Source: Candidatus Latescibacterota bacterium (lineage in GTDB: Bacteria; Latescibacterota; UBA2968; UBA8231). Taken from it: a stretch of DNA of 64,000 nucleotides. The stretch covers positions 2,944,001-3,008,000 of the forward strand of contig CBDETK010000013.1 in assembly GCA_965242865.1 (NCBI GenBank), written 5' to 3'. A program made the position numbers and the translations under genes. Under the pieces are notes generated by a model. That model searched no databases, was not told where the DNA came from, and saw only the letters and a program-made list of their open reading frames with translations. Positions 43,771-53,487 of the stretch are shown one piece after another; the first letter of the stretch is position 1; each line of letters opens with the position of its first letter.

Positions 43771-44934
43771 TCAGGCACTGGCTAGGGTAGGCCGGTCGTG
43801 AATCGGCCCAGGGTGGTTGCGGAGCGAGCCGCCTTTGCGGCCAGTGAGCACGGCTTGGATTTCCCCGAGAATGGACAAGGCGATTTCCTCGGCCGTTTCA
43901 GCGCCGATGTCGAGGCCAACCGGGCCGAAGAGGCGAGCGGCCTGCTCGTCGCTGGGTGCGATGCCTTCTTTTTGCAGGTCGGCGAGGAGGCGTTGGGTGC
44001 GCTGGTGCGGGCCGAGGACGCCCAAGTAGGCGAGGGGCGCGTCAAGCAAGTCCCGCAACAGCGCTTGATCCTGTAGGTAGTTGTGGCTCATGACGACGGC
44101 GCACGAGCGGTTGTCAAACGGAAGGGCCTCGGGCCGACGACCGGGCTGGGCGAGGAGGACTTGCCGCGCCCAAGGGAAGCGCTCGGCGCGGGCGTAGGCG
44201 GGCCGGTGGTCGGCCACGGTGACGCGCCAGCCAAGTTCGCTGGCCAGCCGAGCGAGGGGCACGGCGTCGTAGCCCGCGCCAAAGAGGTAAAGGGCAATGG
44301 GGGGCAGCAGCGGCTCTAGGAGCAGGGCGGCCTTGCCGTGCGTCAGCGCGCAGTGGCGAGTGCAGCCCGGAACGACCGGGAGCCGGGTGGCGTCAAGGGT
44401 CGCCAACATTTCGCCAGCCGCGTTGCGGGCGATCGCACGCAGCTCCGAGTCGGCGATGTCGTCGAGGGCGTTTTTCCGCTCGTCGAGCATCAGGTGTTGG
44501 CCCGGCGCGGCCTTTGTCTCGCCCTCGGCGGCAAAGACCGTGACGAGGACGCCGTGTCGATTCTCCAAGGCGCAGCCGTGCAAGAAGGTTGGGTAGTGGA
44601 GGGGGCCACTGGGCAGGCGTTCTAAGAGCACATCCACCGTGCCGCTACAACCCAAGCCGGTGCCCCAGAGGATGTCGTCTTCAGAGGTGGCGTCGTAGTG
44701 GAGGAGCCGAGGTTGGCCATCGGCGAAAACGGCGCGTGCGTTTTCCCGCACATCGCCTTCGAGGCAGCCGCCGCTGATAGTGCCCAAGCTCTGGAGATCG
44801 GCTTCGATGAGCATGCGGGTGCCCGGGCCGCGATAGACCGAGCCAGAGGTCTGGACGACCGTGGCCAGAACGTATGACGCACCCGCCTCGTCGAGTGCCC
44901 GGGCGCGGCCGAGGATCGTCTGCAAGTCTTTCAC
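43771..44934 (-). CDS. XdhC/CoxI family molybdoenzyme maturation factor
   Basis: LATVVQTSGSVYR, GTISGGCLE, LFGAGYD, PVGLDIGAETAEEIALSI. Confidence 0.92.
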   Translation of the reverse strand: MKDLQTILGRARALDEAGASYVLATVVQTSGSVYRGPGTRMLIEADLQSLGTISGGCLEGDVRENARAVFADGQPRLLHYDATSEDDILWGTGLGCSGTVDVLLERLPSGPLHYPTFLHGCALENRHGVLVTVFAAEGETKAAPGQHLMLDERKNALDDIADSELRAIARNAAGEMLATLDATRLPVVPGCTRHCALTHGKAALLLEPLLPPIALYLFGAGYDAVPLARLASELGWRVTVADHRPAYARAERFPWARQVLLAQPGRRPEALPFDNRSCAVVMSHNYLQDQALLRDLLDAPLAYLGVLGPHQRTQRLLADLQKEGIAPSDEQAARLFGPVGLDIGAETAEEIALSILGEIQAVLTGRKGGSLRNHPGPIHDRPTLASA

Positions 44935-46187
44935 GACCGTACTCCAAAACGCCGCAACCTGTCAGCCCGCGTCGGCGCGGTAGGTTGGGCTTGCGTCGGC
45001 GCGGGGTGCTCAGGGCGGCGCAGGTACTGCACGGCCGTTGCACCGCGCACCGTCATCAGGTATCCGACGAGGGCCTTGAGGCTCTCGATGTTGTGGGCCG
45101 GGGCAAAGAGGTCGATGTACGGCAAAGCGGCCTGCATCCCGCGCGTGGCCGGCCGGTAGCTTGGGCTGCCCAGCAGGGGGTTGAGCCAGATTAGGCAGCG
45201 GCTGCGGCGCTGTAACGCACGCATGCTTTCTTTGAGCGTCTCAAGGTCGCCGGTGTCCCAGCCATCGCTGACGATCAGCAGCGCGGTCTGGCGATCGACG
45301 AGGACGGCGTGTTCGCGGAGGAAGGTGGCCAGCGCGGCCCCAATGCGCGTGCCGCCCGACCAATCCGGCACTTGCGCGGCCAGCGCGTCCAATCCCGCGC
45401 TCAGGTCGTCGCCCCTCAGCAGCGGCGCGACGTGGTGGAGCGAGGTCGCAAACACAAACGTCTCCATGCGGCGATAGGCGTTTTGGAAGGCGTACATAAA
45501 CTGAATCAAGAAGCGGCTGTACAGATCCATGGATTTACTGACATCGCACAACAAGACCAGCTTGGGCTTCTGGCAGGTGCGACGGCAATAGGATAGATCT
45601 AAAAGCTCGCCGCCGCGGCGCAAGCTGGCTCGGAGGGTGCGCCGCAAGTCGAGGCGGCCCGGTGGGCGGGCGGGCCGATAGCGGCGGCTAAAGCGCGTGG
45701 CCAGCACCCGGGCAATGGCTTGCAGCAACCGCCCGATCTCCGCCAACTCTTCGGCCTTAAAGTCCTTAAAGTCGCGTTTGGTGTGTACCTCAATGGGGCT
45801 GTACCCGGCCGCTTCGCGCTCCTCTTCGGTCGGCTCGCCCTGTTTGAGCCAGTCGCGGATGCTCGTCGAGGGGCACTTGGCCGGGGGTGGGGGCGCAGGC
45901 GTGGGCGGAGGCTGACCCAATTCGCCGGCGCGGTCCCACACCGACCAGTAGGCATTGAAAAGCGCGTCAAAGAGTTGCTGCTCGGCGGGCGTCTTGGCCA
46001 AGGTCGTCCGCAGGCTTAGCCGAAAGTCCTCCGGGTCGGACAGGTCAATGGCGGCGAGGGCGCGGAGGGCGTCTTGCTCCTCGCCCAAGGCCGCGCCAGA
46101 ACCTTGGCCGCGCAACGCGCGGCAAAAGCCGACCACATTCGCGCTCAACGCGCCGTGGCGGGCTAGGTCGTCAATTTTGTGGGTCAT
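44931..46187 (-). CDS. CoxE-like VWA domain protein
   Basis: LDLRRTLR, CDVSKSM MIDAS, WSGGTRIG, SDGWD, WLNPL. Confidence 0.9.
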   Translation of the reverse strand: MTHKIDDLARHGALSANVVGFCRALRGQGSGAALGEEQDALRALAAIDLSDPEDFRLSLRTTLAKTPAEQQLFDALFNAYWSVWDRAGELGQPPPTPAPPPPAKCPSTSIRDWLKQGEPTEEEREAAGYSPIEVHTKRDFKDFKAEELAEIGRLLQAIARVLATRFSRRYRPARPPGRLDLRRTLRASLRRGGELLDLSYCRRTCQKPKLVLLCDVSKSMDLYSRFLIQFMYAFQNAYRRMETFVFATSLHHVAPLLRGDDLSAGLDALAAQVPDWSGGTRIGAALATFLREHAVLVDRQTALLIVSDGWDTGDLETLKESMRALQRRSRCLIWLNPLLGSPSYRPATRGMQAALPYIDLFAPAHNIESLKALVGYLMTVRGATAVQYLRRPEHPAPTQAQPTAPTRADRLRRFGVRS

Positions 46188-47079
46188 GTTTTGGCGCCAG
46201 CTTGGCGCGGATCCCCAATCCTGCCAAGAACTCGGCCAGCGATTGCTTCACCTGCGCCACATCGCGTTGGTCCTTCAACACAATGCCCAAGGTATCCGCC
46301 ACGACTTCAAGGTCAAGGTGGTGCTGGTGCAGGGCGACGAGGGCCTTGGCCCAATCGAGGGTTTCGGCGACGCCCGGCACCTTTTCGAGGCGTTGCAGGC
46401 GAATTTTTTCCATGAAGCGGCCGATCTGCTCGGCGAGCTGGACGTCGATCCCGGCGACCTTGCCGCGCACGATTTCCACTTCCTTGGCAAATTCCGGGTA
46501 GTCGATCCACAGGTAAAAGCAGCGGCGGCGCACTGCGTCGGAAAGCTCGCGGGTGCGATTGCTGGTCAGGATTACGTGTGGCCGAACGGCCGCGCGGATG
46601 GTGCCGATTTCGGGAATGGTAATTTGCCAGTCGGACAGCACCTCTAGAAGGAAGCTCTCAAACTCCTCGTCGGCCCGGTCGAGTTCGTCGATCAGCAGCA
46701 CCGGCGGGACGGGTTGGGTGATGGCTTGGAGCAAGGGACGCTTGAGCAGGAAGTCCTCGGAGAAGAGGTCGGCCTCGCGCTCGGCTAAGGGACGTTGGCT
46801 GTTCTCGTCGAGCTTGAGGTGCAAAAGCTGGCGTTGGTAGTTCCACTCGTACAGGGCGGCGTGGGCGTCCAACCCCTCGTAGCACTGCAAGCGGATCAAC
46901 TCGGTGTTGAGGGCGCGGGCTAGGACCTTGGCGACCTCGGTTTTGCCGACGCCGGCCGGGCCTTCGATGAGCAAGGGACGCTCCAAGGTCTGGGCGAGGT
47001 ACACGGACATAACAACTTGGCGATCGGCGATATACCCGTGCTCGGCGAGCATCGCTTGGATCGCAGCAGTGGCACTCAT
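46171..47079 (-). CDS. MoxR family AAA+ ATPase (CoxD-like)
   Basis: EGPAGVGKTE, RLQCYEGLD, LLIDELDRAD, TSNRTRELSDA. Confidence 0.92.
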   Translation of the reverse strand: MSATAAIQAMLAEHGYIADRQVVMSVYLAQTLERPLLIEGPAGVGKTEVAKVLARALNTELIRLQCYEGLDAHAALYEWNYQRQLLHLKLDENSQRPLAEREADLFSEDFLLKRPLLQAITQPVPPVLLIDELDRADEEFESFLLEVLSDWQITIPEIGTIRAAVRPHVILTSNRTRELSDAVRRRCFYLWIDYPEFAKEVEIVRGKVAGIDVQLAEQIGRFMEKIRLQRLEKVPGVAETLDWAKALVALHQHHLDLEVVADTLGIVLKDQRDVAQVKQSLAEFLAGLGIRAKLAPKHDPQN

Positions 47080-47239
47080 TAAATCCCTCTCGTTGCGCGG
47101 TACAATGCCGCTCCAGTTGGGCGCGGGCCTTAATATCACGCGCCGACTTCCGTACAGCAAGAACGCGCCGCGGCCGCGGCGACATTGCCCACTACTAGGG
47201 ATTCTCTATATTCTCAAGTCCCTTTAACTCCATCTATAG

Positions 47240-48298
47240 ATGCCTTTTATGGCCCTTGCAACATCCGCCAAAACCGAGTTGGTGCGCGATCTTCTGGGCC
47301 GCCCGTTGGTCTCTTTGCGCGTGTCGGTCATCGACCGCTGCGATCTGCGCTGTCAGTACTGCATGCCCGAAGAGCACTACACTTGGCTGCCGAGTAAAGA
47401 CATCCTCAATTCCTCCGAGATCGAGCGCGTGGTCGATGCCTTTTGCCAAGTTGGCGTCCGCAGCGTCCGCCTGACCGGCGGCGAGCCGCTATTGCGCGCC
47501 GACTTGCCCGAGCTCGTCGCCCGCCTCGCCGCCCTGCCCCTCGTCAAGGACCTCGCGCTGACGACCAATGCGCGGCAACTGGCGCACCGGGCTGGGCCGC
47601 TGCGAGAGGCCGGGTTGCAGCGCGTCACGGTCAGCTTGGACTCGTTGCGACCCGCGCGTTTTGAGGCGTTGACGCGGCGCGCCGGGCATGGCAAGGTCCT
47701 AGCGGGGATTCGCGCGGCCGCGGCCACGGGCTTTGACGCGCTCAAGATCAATTCGGTCGTGGTGCGCGGCTTCAACGACGACGAGTTGGTCGATCTGCTC
47801 GAATTTGGGCGGGAGGTGGGCGCGGAGGTTCGCTTCATCGAATACATGGATGTGGGCGGGGCCACGCACTGGTCGCTGAGAGCGGTGGTGTCGCAGCAAG
47901 AGATGCTGGCGAAGCTGGCGGCGCACTACGGTCCGATCGAGCGCGAGGCCGAGCGGGGCGCGGCCCCAGCGGCGCGCTTCCGCCTGCGCGACGGGACGCG
48001 CTTTGGTATTGTCGCGTCGGTCACCGAGCCGTTTTGCGGCACCTGTGACCGCAGCCGACTGACGGCCGACGGCCTGTGGTACTTGTGCCTCTACGCCCAG
48101 CAAGGCACGGACCTAAAGCCTTTGCTCCGAGCCGGAGCCGATCGCGCACGACTGGTGCGACGCATTGGCGCGGGGTGGGCCGGACGGGCCGATCGCAGCG
48201 CTGAAAAGCGGCGCGACGATCCACACCGCGATGTGCTCTATCAAGTCGCAGAGCTGCAAGCCGACCCGCACCGCGAGATGCACACCCGCGGCGGTTGA
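47240..48298 (+). CDS. moaA: GTP 3',8-cyclase MoaA
   Basis: LRVSVIDRCDLRCQYCMP, TGGEP, FIEYM, FCGTCDR, C-terminal GG. Confidence 0.95.
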   Translation: MPFMALATSAKTELVRDLLGRPLVSLRVSVIDRCDLRCQYCMPEEHYTWLPSKDILNSSEIERVVDAFCQVGVRSVRLTGGEPLLRADLPELVARLAALPLVKDLALTTNARQLAHRAGPLREAGLQRVTVSLDSLRPARFEALTRRAGHGKVLAGIRAAAATGFDALKINSVVVRGFNDDELVDLLEFGREVGAEVRFIEYMDVGGATHWSLRAVVSQQEMLAKLAAHYGPIEREAERGAAPAARFRLRDGTRFGIVASVTEPFCGTCDRSRLTADGLWYLCLYAQQGTDLKPLLRAGADRARLVRRIGAGWAGRADRSAEKRRDDPHRDVLYQVAELQADPHREMHTRGG

Positions 48299-48315
48299 GC
48301 CGCTCCCTCCACTGC

Positions 48316-50397
48316 ATGGATTACTTTCGCGCCAAACGCTACTTGGACGCCCTGCCCGACTGGGAGGTCGGCCGTCCAGTGCTCGGGCCGGTCGAGGACT
48401 ACCTGCCGCGGATGCGCGCCCTGCTGGCCCGCCTCGGCGACCCCCAGACGCGCTTCCGCTCGGTCATTGTCGGCGGCACCAACGGCAAGGGCACGGTCGC
48501 TAGCGTCCTCGCTGCCCTCCTAAGAGCCCGAGGGCACCAAGCCGGGCTGTACACCTCGCCGCACCTGCACACCCAGCGCGAGCGGATCCGCATTAACGGT
48601 GCCATACTCAGCAAGGAACAATGGGCAGCCGCCGCGTCGCACCTCGACGATCGCACCCGCGACTTTGCCCGGGAGGCGTTGGGTCCGTTCAGCAAGTTTG
48701 AGGCCCTTACCGGGCTTGCGGCCCATCTCTTCGCGCAGCAGGGCGTGGAGTTCGGGGTTTTTGAGGTCGGGCTAGGGGGACGCTACGACGCGACCAACGC
48801 TTGGGACTCGGAGTTGGCTGTCCTGACAGCTATCGGTCTAGACCACGTGGACCTGTTGGGCAATACCTTGGAGGAAATCGCCTCCGACAAGCTGCACATC
48901 GCCCGGGCGGGTCGCACACTCATTACTACGGCGGCGCAGGCCCCGGCGGCGATGGCTCTGATCCGGCAGACCTGTGCAACGCGGGACGTGGCGTTGCAGG
49001 TTGCCGGAACGGAGTGGCACTTGGGGCCTCTAACGGACCGGCCGGCGACCTACGCGGAAAATGCGCGGCTGGCCCTTGCGGCCGCGCAGGAGCTCGTCCG
49101 GGGGCTAGGAGACGAGGAGGCGCACCAAGTCGTGGCGACCCATCGCTGGCCGGGCCGCTTTGAAGTGGTGCGCGAGAAGCCGCTAATTTTGCTCGATGGG
49201 GCGCACAATCCGGCCGCGGCCGCGGCGTTGGCCCAAGAGTTACAGCGGCTGGGTGGAGCATGGGTGCTGGTCGTCGGCGCGGGAGCAGGACACGATGCGG
49301 CGGGGATTTTGTGGGCGCTCGCGCCGGTGGCGCAACGGGTCTTGCTTACTTCGTCGGACCATCCACGGGCACTGGCCCCAGCGGTGCTGGCGGCCTTGGC
49401 ACCCGATGGACTATCTGTCGAGCAAGTGCCCGCAAGCAGCCAAGCGCTCAAGCGCGCCCTGACGCTGGCAGGGCGCGAAGGCCGAGTCTGCGTGGTGGGG
49501 TCGCTGCACTTGGTGGCGCGGGCGCGGGAGTTTTTCTCCCTGCCCGGCGAGCGCGATGGCATCACCGAAGACATGGCGTTGGAGAATCTGGCGTGTGTGG
49601 CCGCGGCCGGCCAGCGGCGGGGACTCACCTGCGAGTGGATTTCGGGCGACGGCACGCGGCTCAAGCTGTCGGGCGGCCGGCGTCCCTTGCGCTTCTGGCG
49701 CAACAAGCACCCCTTCAACGACTACGTCGAGGCCCGACTCGCCGAAGACAAGGCATACCAATACGAGGATTTCGTCGCGGCCGGCTTGCCGGTCCCCCAC
49801 ACCCTCAAGCTCTTCAACCCGCTGGCCGACGCGCGCTTCGACCGCTACAAGACGCACGCTTCCGTAGCGGAAATCGTCGCGGCGGTACGGGCGCAATTCG
49901 AGTTTCCCCTGTTGGTCAAGAAGTGCCACAGCTCGCTGGCGCAGGGCGTGTTTTTGGAGCGCGACGCCGCCGCCCTTACGCAGCGGCTCGAATCCCTCTT
50001 TGCCAACAGTGCCTTTCTCGACAACATTGCACTAGTGCAGCAATACGTGGCCGGGCCGGAGTATCGCATCGTCGCCAGCCGTGCGGAACTGTGGCTGGCC
50101 TATCGCAAGGAGAGCAAGGCTGTGGAGACGGATGGGGACCGCAACCCCCTGCATCAGGCCGATGGCCGGGCCGTGCGCGTAACAGACGGGGCCTTGCTGG
50201 CGCAGATGCAGGTGCTGACCGAGCAAGTGGCCGGGGTGTACTCGCTCGGTTTTTACGCCATGGACCTCATCCACAGCGCTGATGGGTTCTCCATCCTCGA
50301 ACTCAATCCCAATCCCATGTGCTACGCCTACAACCGCGACAACGGGCGTCGGGACTTCATCGGGCTGTACGAGCGGCTGCTCGCCCAATTTGCCTAG
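48316..50397 (+). CDS. folC: FolC (dihydrofolate/folylpolyglutamate synthase) fused to a C-terminal ATP-grasp domain
   Basis: GTNGKGT, YTSPHL, EVGLGGRYDATN, WPGRFE, LDGAHN; then PLLVK, VQQYVAGPEYR, YAMDL, ILELNPNP. Confidence 0.85.
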   Translation: MDYFRAKRYLDALPDWEVGRPVLGPVEDYLPRMRALLARLGDPQTRFRSVIVGGTNGKGTVASVLAALLRARGHQAGLYTSPHLHTQRERIRINGAILSKEQWAAAASHLDDRTRDFAREALGPFSKFEALTGLAAHLFAQQGVEFGVFEVGLGGRYDATNAWDSELAVLTAIGLDHVDLLGNTLEEIASDKLHIARAGRTLITTAAQAPAAMALIRQTCATRDVALQVAGTEWHLGPLTDRPATYAENARLALAAAQELVRGLGDEEAHQVVATHRWPGRFEVVREKPLILLDGAHNPAAAAALAQELQRLGGAWVLVVGAGAGHDAAGILWALAPVAQRVLLTSSDHPRALAPAVLAALAPDGLSVEQVPASSQALKRALTLAGREGRVCVVGSLHLVARAREFFSLPGERDGITEDMALENLACVAAAGQRRGLTCEWISGDGTRLKLSGGRRPLRFWRNKHPFNDYVEARLAEDKAYQYEDFVAAGLPVPHTLKLFNPLADARFDRYKTHASVAEIVAAVRAQFEFPLLVKKCHSSLAQGVFLERDAAALTQRLESLFANSAFLDNIALVQQYVAGPEYRIVASRAELWLAYRKESKAVETDGDRNPLHQADGRAVRVTDGALLAQMQVLTEQVAGVYSLGFYAMDLIHSADGFSILELNPNPMCYAYNRDNGRRDFIGLYERLLAQFA

Positions 50398-50415
50398 TGG
50401 ATTAAGGAGAAAGAA

Positions 50416-51552
50416 ATGGATATTCAGACCCGCCTCGTCCACGCCGGCGAGGAGCGCATCGACGGCGCGGTGGTGGTGCCGATCTTCCAGAGCTCGACTT
50501 TTGTCTCGCAGGACGAGCAGCAATACGATGCCGTCCGCTATCTCCGCCTCAACAACACGCCCAATCACCGCGCATTACACGCCAAATTAGCCGCTATCTG
50601 CAACGGCGAAGCGGCCTTGGTCGCCAGCTCGGGCATGGCGGCGATCACCACGGCCTTGCTGGCTTTGCTCAACAGCGGCGATCACCTGCTGATCCAAGAC
50701 TGCCTCTACGGGGGTACGCACAGTTTTGTGACGCAGGACGCGCCGGGCTTGGGGCTGCGCTGCGACTTTATCGCTGGCAATGCGCCCGAGACGTGGGCGA
50801 CCAAGCTCCGACCTGAGACGCGGGCGATTTACGTGGAGACCATGACCAACCCGCTATTGGAGGTCGCGGATTTAGAGGCGGTCGTGGCGTTTGCCCGCGA
50901 GCACGGGCTGGTGTCCCTGATCGACAATACCTTTGCCTCGCCGTGCAACTTCCGCCCGCTGGAACTCGGGTTTGATCTAGAGCTACACAGCGCGTCCAAG
51001 TACCTCAACGGCCATTCGGACATCGTCGCGGGGGTGGTCGTCGGCTCGGCGGACCGCATCCGCGCCATTACGCACAAGCTCAATCACCTCGGCGGGTCGC
51101 TGGATACACACGCCTGCTTTTTGTTGCAGCGGGGCTTGAAGACCCTGTCCCTGCGAATGAGGCAACACGACGAAAATGGGCGGCGGCTGGCGAGCTTCTT
51201 GGCCGAGCAGCCGCAGGTGGCGCGGGTGAACTACCCCGGGCTAGAAAGCCATCCGCAATACGAGCGGGCGCAGCGGCTGTTTGCCGGGGCGGGTGGCGTG
51301 TTGAGCTTTGAGCTGCACGGGGGCGTGGAGGCCGCCGTGCGATTGCTGTCCAAGCTGGTTCTGCCGGCGTCCGCCCCCAGTCTCGGCGGGGTCGAAACCC
51401 TCATTACTCGGCCCGTCACCACGTCGCACAGCAGCTTGAGTCAAAAGGAGCGGGCGGCCATGGGCATTGCCGATGGCTTGGTGAGGGTGGCATGCGGCAT
51501 TGAGGCCGCCGAGGATTTGTGCGCGGATTTTGGGCAGGCGCTGGCTGGATAA
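50416..51552 (+). CDS. PLP-dependent cystathionine gamma-lyase/methionine gamma-lyase family
   Basis: SSGMAAI, LYGGT, ETMTNP, DNTFASP, HSASKYLNGHSD, SLGGVETL. Confidence 0.93.
   Translation: MDIQTRLVHAGEERIDGAVVVPIFQSSTFVSQDEQQYDAVRYLRLNNTPNHRALHAKLAAICNGEAALVASSGMAAITTALLALLNSGDHLLIQDCLYGGTHSFVTQDAPGLGLRCDFIAGNAPETWATKLRPETRAIYVETMTNPLLEVADLEAVVAFAREHGLVSLIDNTFASPCNFRPLELGFDLELHSASKYLNGHSDIVAGVVVGSADRIRAITHKLNHLGGSLDTHACFLLQRGLKTLSLRMRQHDENGRRLASFLAEQPQVARVNYPGLESHPQYERAQRLFAGAGGVLSFELHGGVEAAVRLLSKLVLPASAPSLGGVETLITRPVTTSHSSLSQKERAAMGIADGLVRVACGIEAAEDLCADFGQALAG
51214..51272 (+). repeat. 59-bp segment of the lyase gene duplicated at 53282-53340
   Basis: 55/59 identical by manual alignment. 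Confidence 0.9.
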
Positions 51553-51570
51553 AACAGGAAAGCCGGTTCA

Positions 51571-53244
51571 ATGAGTCCATACACCACATCACTAGCCGAT
51601 CAGTTGCGGCCCGTGCAGGAGATAATGCAGGATCAGTACGCTTCTGTGGTGCCGATCAGCCAAGTCTCCATTGAGGTCCACGCCCGCGATGGCAACGACC
51701 CCTTCGCAACGGCCCAGCAGAAAGTCTTGCAGTGGATAGCCGATCGAGTTGGGCAACGGCTCCCCGAAGAGGCTTGGGCCGGTCAATCCTTTGAGACCGA
51801 GAAAATTGGGGCGCAGTACGCCGCGGCCGCGTTGTTGGACGAGCCGGAGATTTGGGGAGCGCGGCTCGATGACGCCGACAAGTCCGTTCCGCAGCTTACT
51901 TGGGTTACGGAGGTTGGGCTAAAGCGGCTAGCCGCCAGCAAGATCGCCGTCAGCACCCGCCTTGTATGCACTCGGCGCGGTCCCAATATCCCCATCGATC
52001 GCTCCGTTCCCGATTTCGTCCGGCAAATCGCAGCCATTGGCACCAGCTCGCTAGACGGTCGGTTGCTGCGCCCGACGCCATGGCTCGTTTCCGAACCCGA
52101 TGAAATTCTGTCGATGTGCGACCTGATTCAGGACCCAAAGCGCCGGGCCGCGGTCCTCGTCGCGTCCTTGCCGTTAGGCTCCGTCCGCGCCCAAGACGCA
52201 GCGTGCCCGATTGACGCTTTATGCCGTAGGACATTTGGTGCGGCCCACGTAGTGCTCATCACGGAGCCTGCCACCTATGGTTTGACCCACGAGCTAGGGC
52301 GGGAGTTTTCCGTATTCAACCGGGCCGTCAGGAACTATCTACCGAACTTTAATCCCAAGGAAGATGAACCGCATCAACACCCCTGGGCAACGGCCCGCCG
52401 CATTCACAATTGGGACGGAGGCCCGGCTAGATATGCGGAATTTTTGGCCGACCACGTACTAAAGAACGCGGTTGAGCGTTCAGAGCCGGAGGGCGATCCT
52501 CCGTCCTTTGCCAAAATTCGGCGGCTGGCAGCAGAGCGTCGCACAGCACACGCCAAGGCGACCAATGCGACCATCGCTGAAAGGCTCGAACTAGCCGAGG
52601 CCCAAATCGTCGATCTCCAAGCCGAGCGCGAAGAGATGGAAGAGACCTTTGAAGGGGTCTTGAAGTCCATAGAGCAAGAGCGTGATGAAGCCCAAGCCAA
52701 GGCCGATACCGCCACCCAACGAGCGCGGAACTTGCGCGCCCGCGTGGAGATGCTCGAAGAGGCCCTGTCGAGCGGCTCCAGTCCAAAAGAGCCGGCAATT
52801 CCAAGCGACCTGAACGACTTTGGGGCGTGGTGCGACGAGCATCTGGCGGGGTTTGTCGAAGTGCTTCCGCGCGCCAAACACGCCGCCAAAAAGAGCAAGT
52901 ACGAAGATCCGTCCTTCCTGTACAAAGCGTTGCTTTTGCTCCGCGATTACTACGTTCCCATGCGGCGCTTCGGCGGCCCTACCAAATTAGGAGCCTTCAA
53001 GCAGGCATGTTCGGCCTTAAATATCGAGGAGACCCAAACCTTTGCCGGCGATCGGTACGGCGAGCACGGCGACATGTATTTCGTGCGCTACGTCGGTCAG
53101 TCGCGCCTGCTCAACCGTCATCTGAAGAAGGGGAGCACCCACGACGTGCGCCGCTGTTTTCGGCTGTATTTCTTTTGGGACGAGGACTCAGAGCAGGCCG
53201 TTGTCGGCTGGTTGCCCTCGCATTTGGACACGCGAAAGACCTAG
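51571..53244 (+). CDS. Hypothetical 557-aa protein with central coiled coil (accessory cargo)
   Basis: Long ORF with a Glu/Ala-rich coiled coil; C-terminal HLKKG...FRLYFFWD...VVGWLPSHL. Confidence 0.75.
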   Translation: MSPYTTSLADQLRPVQEIMQDQYASVVPISQVSIEVHARDGNDPFATAQQKVLQWIADRVGQRLPEEAWAGQSFETEKIGAQYAAAALLDEPEIWGARLDDADKSVPQLTWVTEVGLKRLAASKIAVSTRLVCTRRGPNIPIDRSVPDFVRQIAAIGTSSLDGRLLRPTPWLVSEPDEILSMCDLIQDPKRRAAVLVASLPLGSVRAQDAACPIDALCRRTFGAAHVVLITEPATYGLTHELGREFSVFNRAVRNYLPNFNPKEDEPHQHPWATARRIHNWDGGPARYAEFLADHVLKNAVERSEPEGDPPSFAKIRRLAAERRTAHAKATNATIAERLELAEAQIVDLQAEREEMEETFEGVLKSIEQERDEAQAKADTATQRARNLRARVEMLEEALSSGSSPKEPAIPSDLNDFGAWCDEHLAGFVEVLPRAKHAAKKSKYEDPSFLYKALLLLRDYYVPMRRFGGPTKLGAFKQACSALNIEETQTFAGDRYGEHGDMYFVRYVGQSRLLNRHLKKGSTHDVRRCFRLYFFWDEDSEQAVVGWLPSHLDTRKT

Positions 53245-53246
53245 CG

Positions 53247-53340
53247 TCACAATATCCCATACTGATCAAAAACCTCCGTCACAGGTGACGCGGGTGAACT
53301 ACCCAAGTCTAGAAAGCCATCCGCAATACGAGCGGGCGCA
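53247..53340. repeat. Junction: copy of the RraA-gene 3' end (53247-53280) abutting a copy of a lyase-gene segment (53282-53340)
   Basis: 53247-53280 vs 54646-54679: 30/34 identical (EVFDQYGIL* vs EVFDRYGIL*); 53282-53340 vs 51214-51272: 55/59 identical. Confidence 0.9.
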
Positions 53341-53487
53341 CTCGTCTATTTCATCATCCCCACGGATGCTATCCCTGACCTAATTCCGGTCGCGGGATAT
53401 ACTAACGACCTTGGAGCACTAGGCGCGGCATTAGCGACGGTCGCCGCGTATACGACCCCTTTAGGCACCAGAAAGGCGACTCTATGA
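53335..53487 (+). pseudogene. DUF1232/YkvA family fragment lacking its N-terminus
   Basis: Hand translation GALVYFIIPTDAIPDLIPVAGYTNDLGAL. Confidence 0.7.

Noticed and set aside
43471-43773. Open frame continuing ~100 codons past the xdhC TGA, suggesting selenocysteine readthrough given selA
   Set aside because: XdhC is already full length, the TGA is not at a Cys-like position, no SECIS-like hairpin was seen, and the downstream DNA is low-GC and contains a repeat element.
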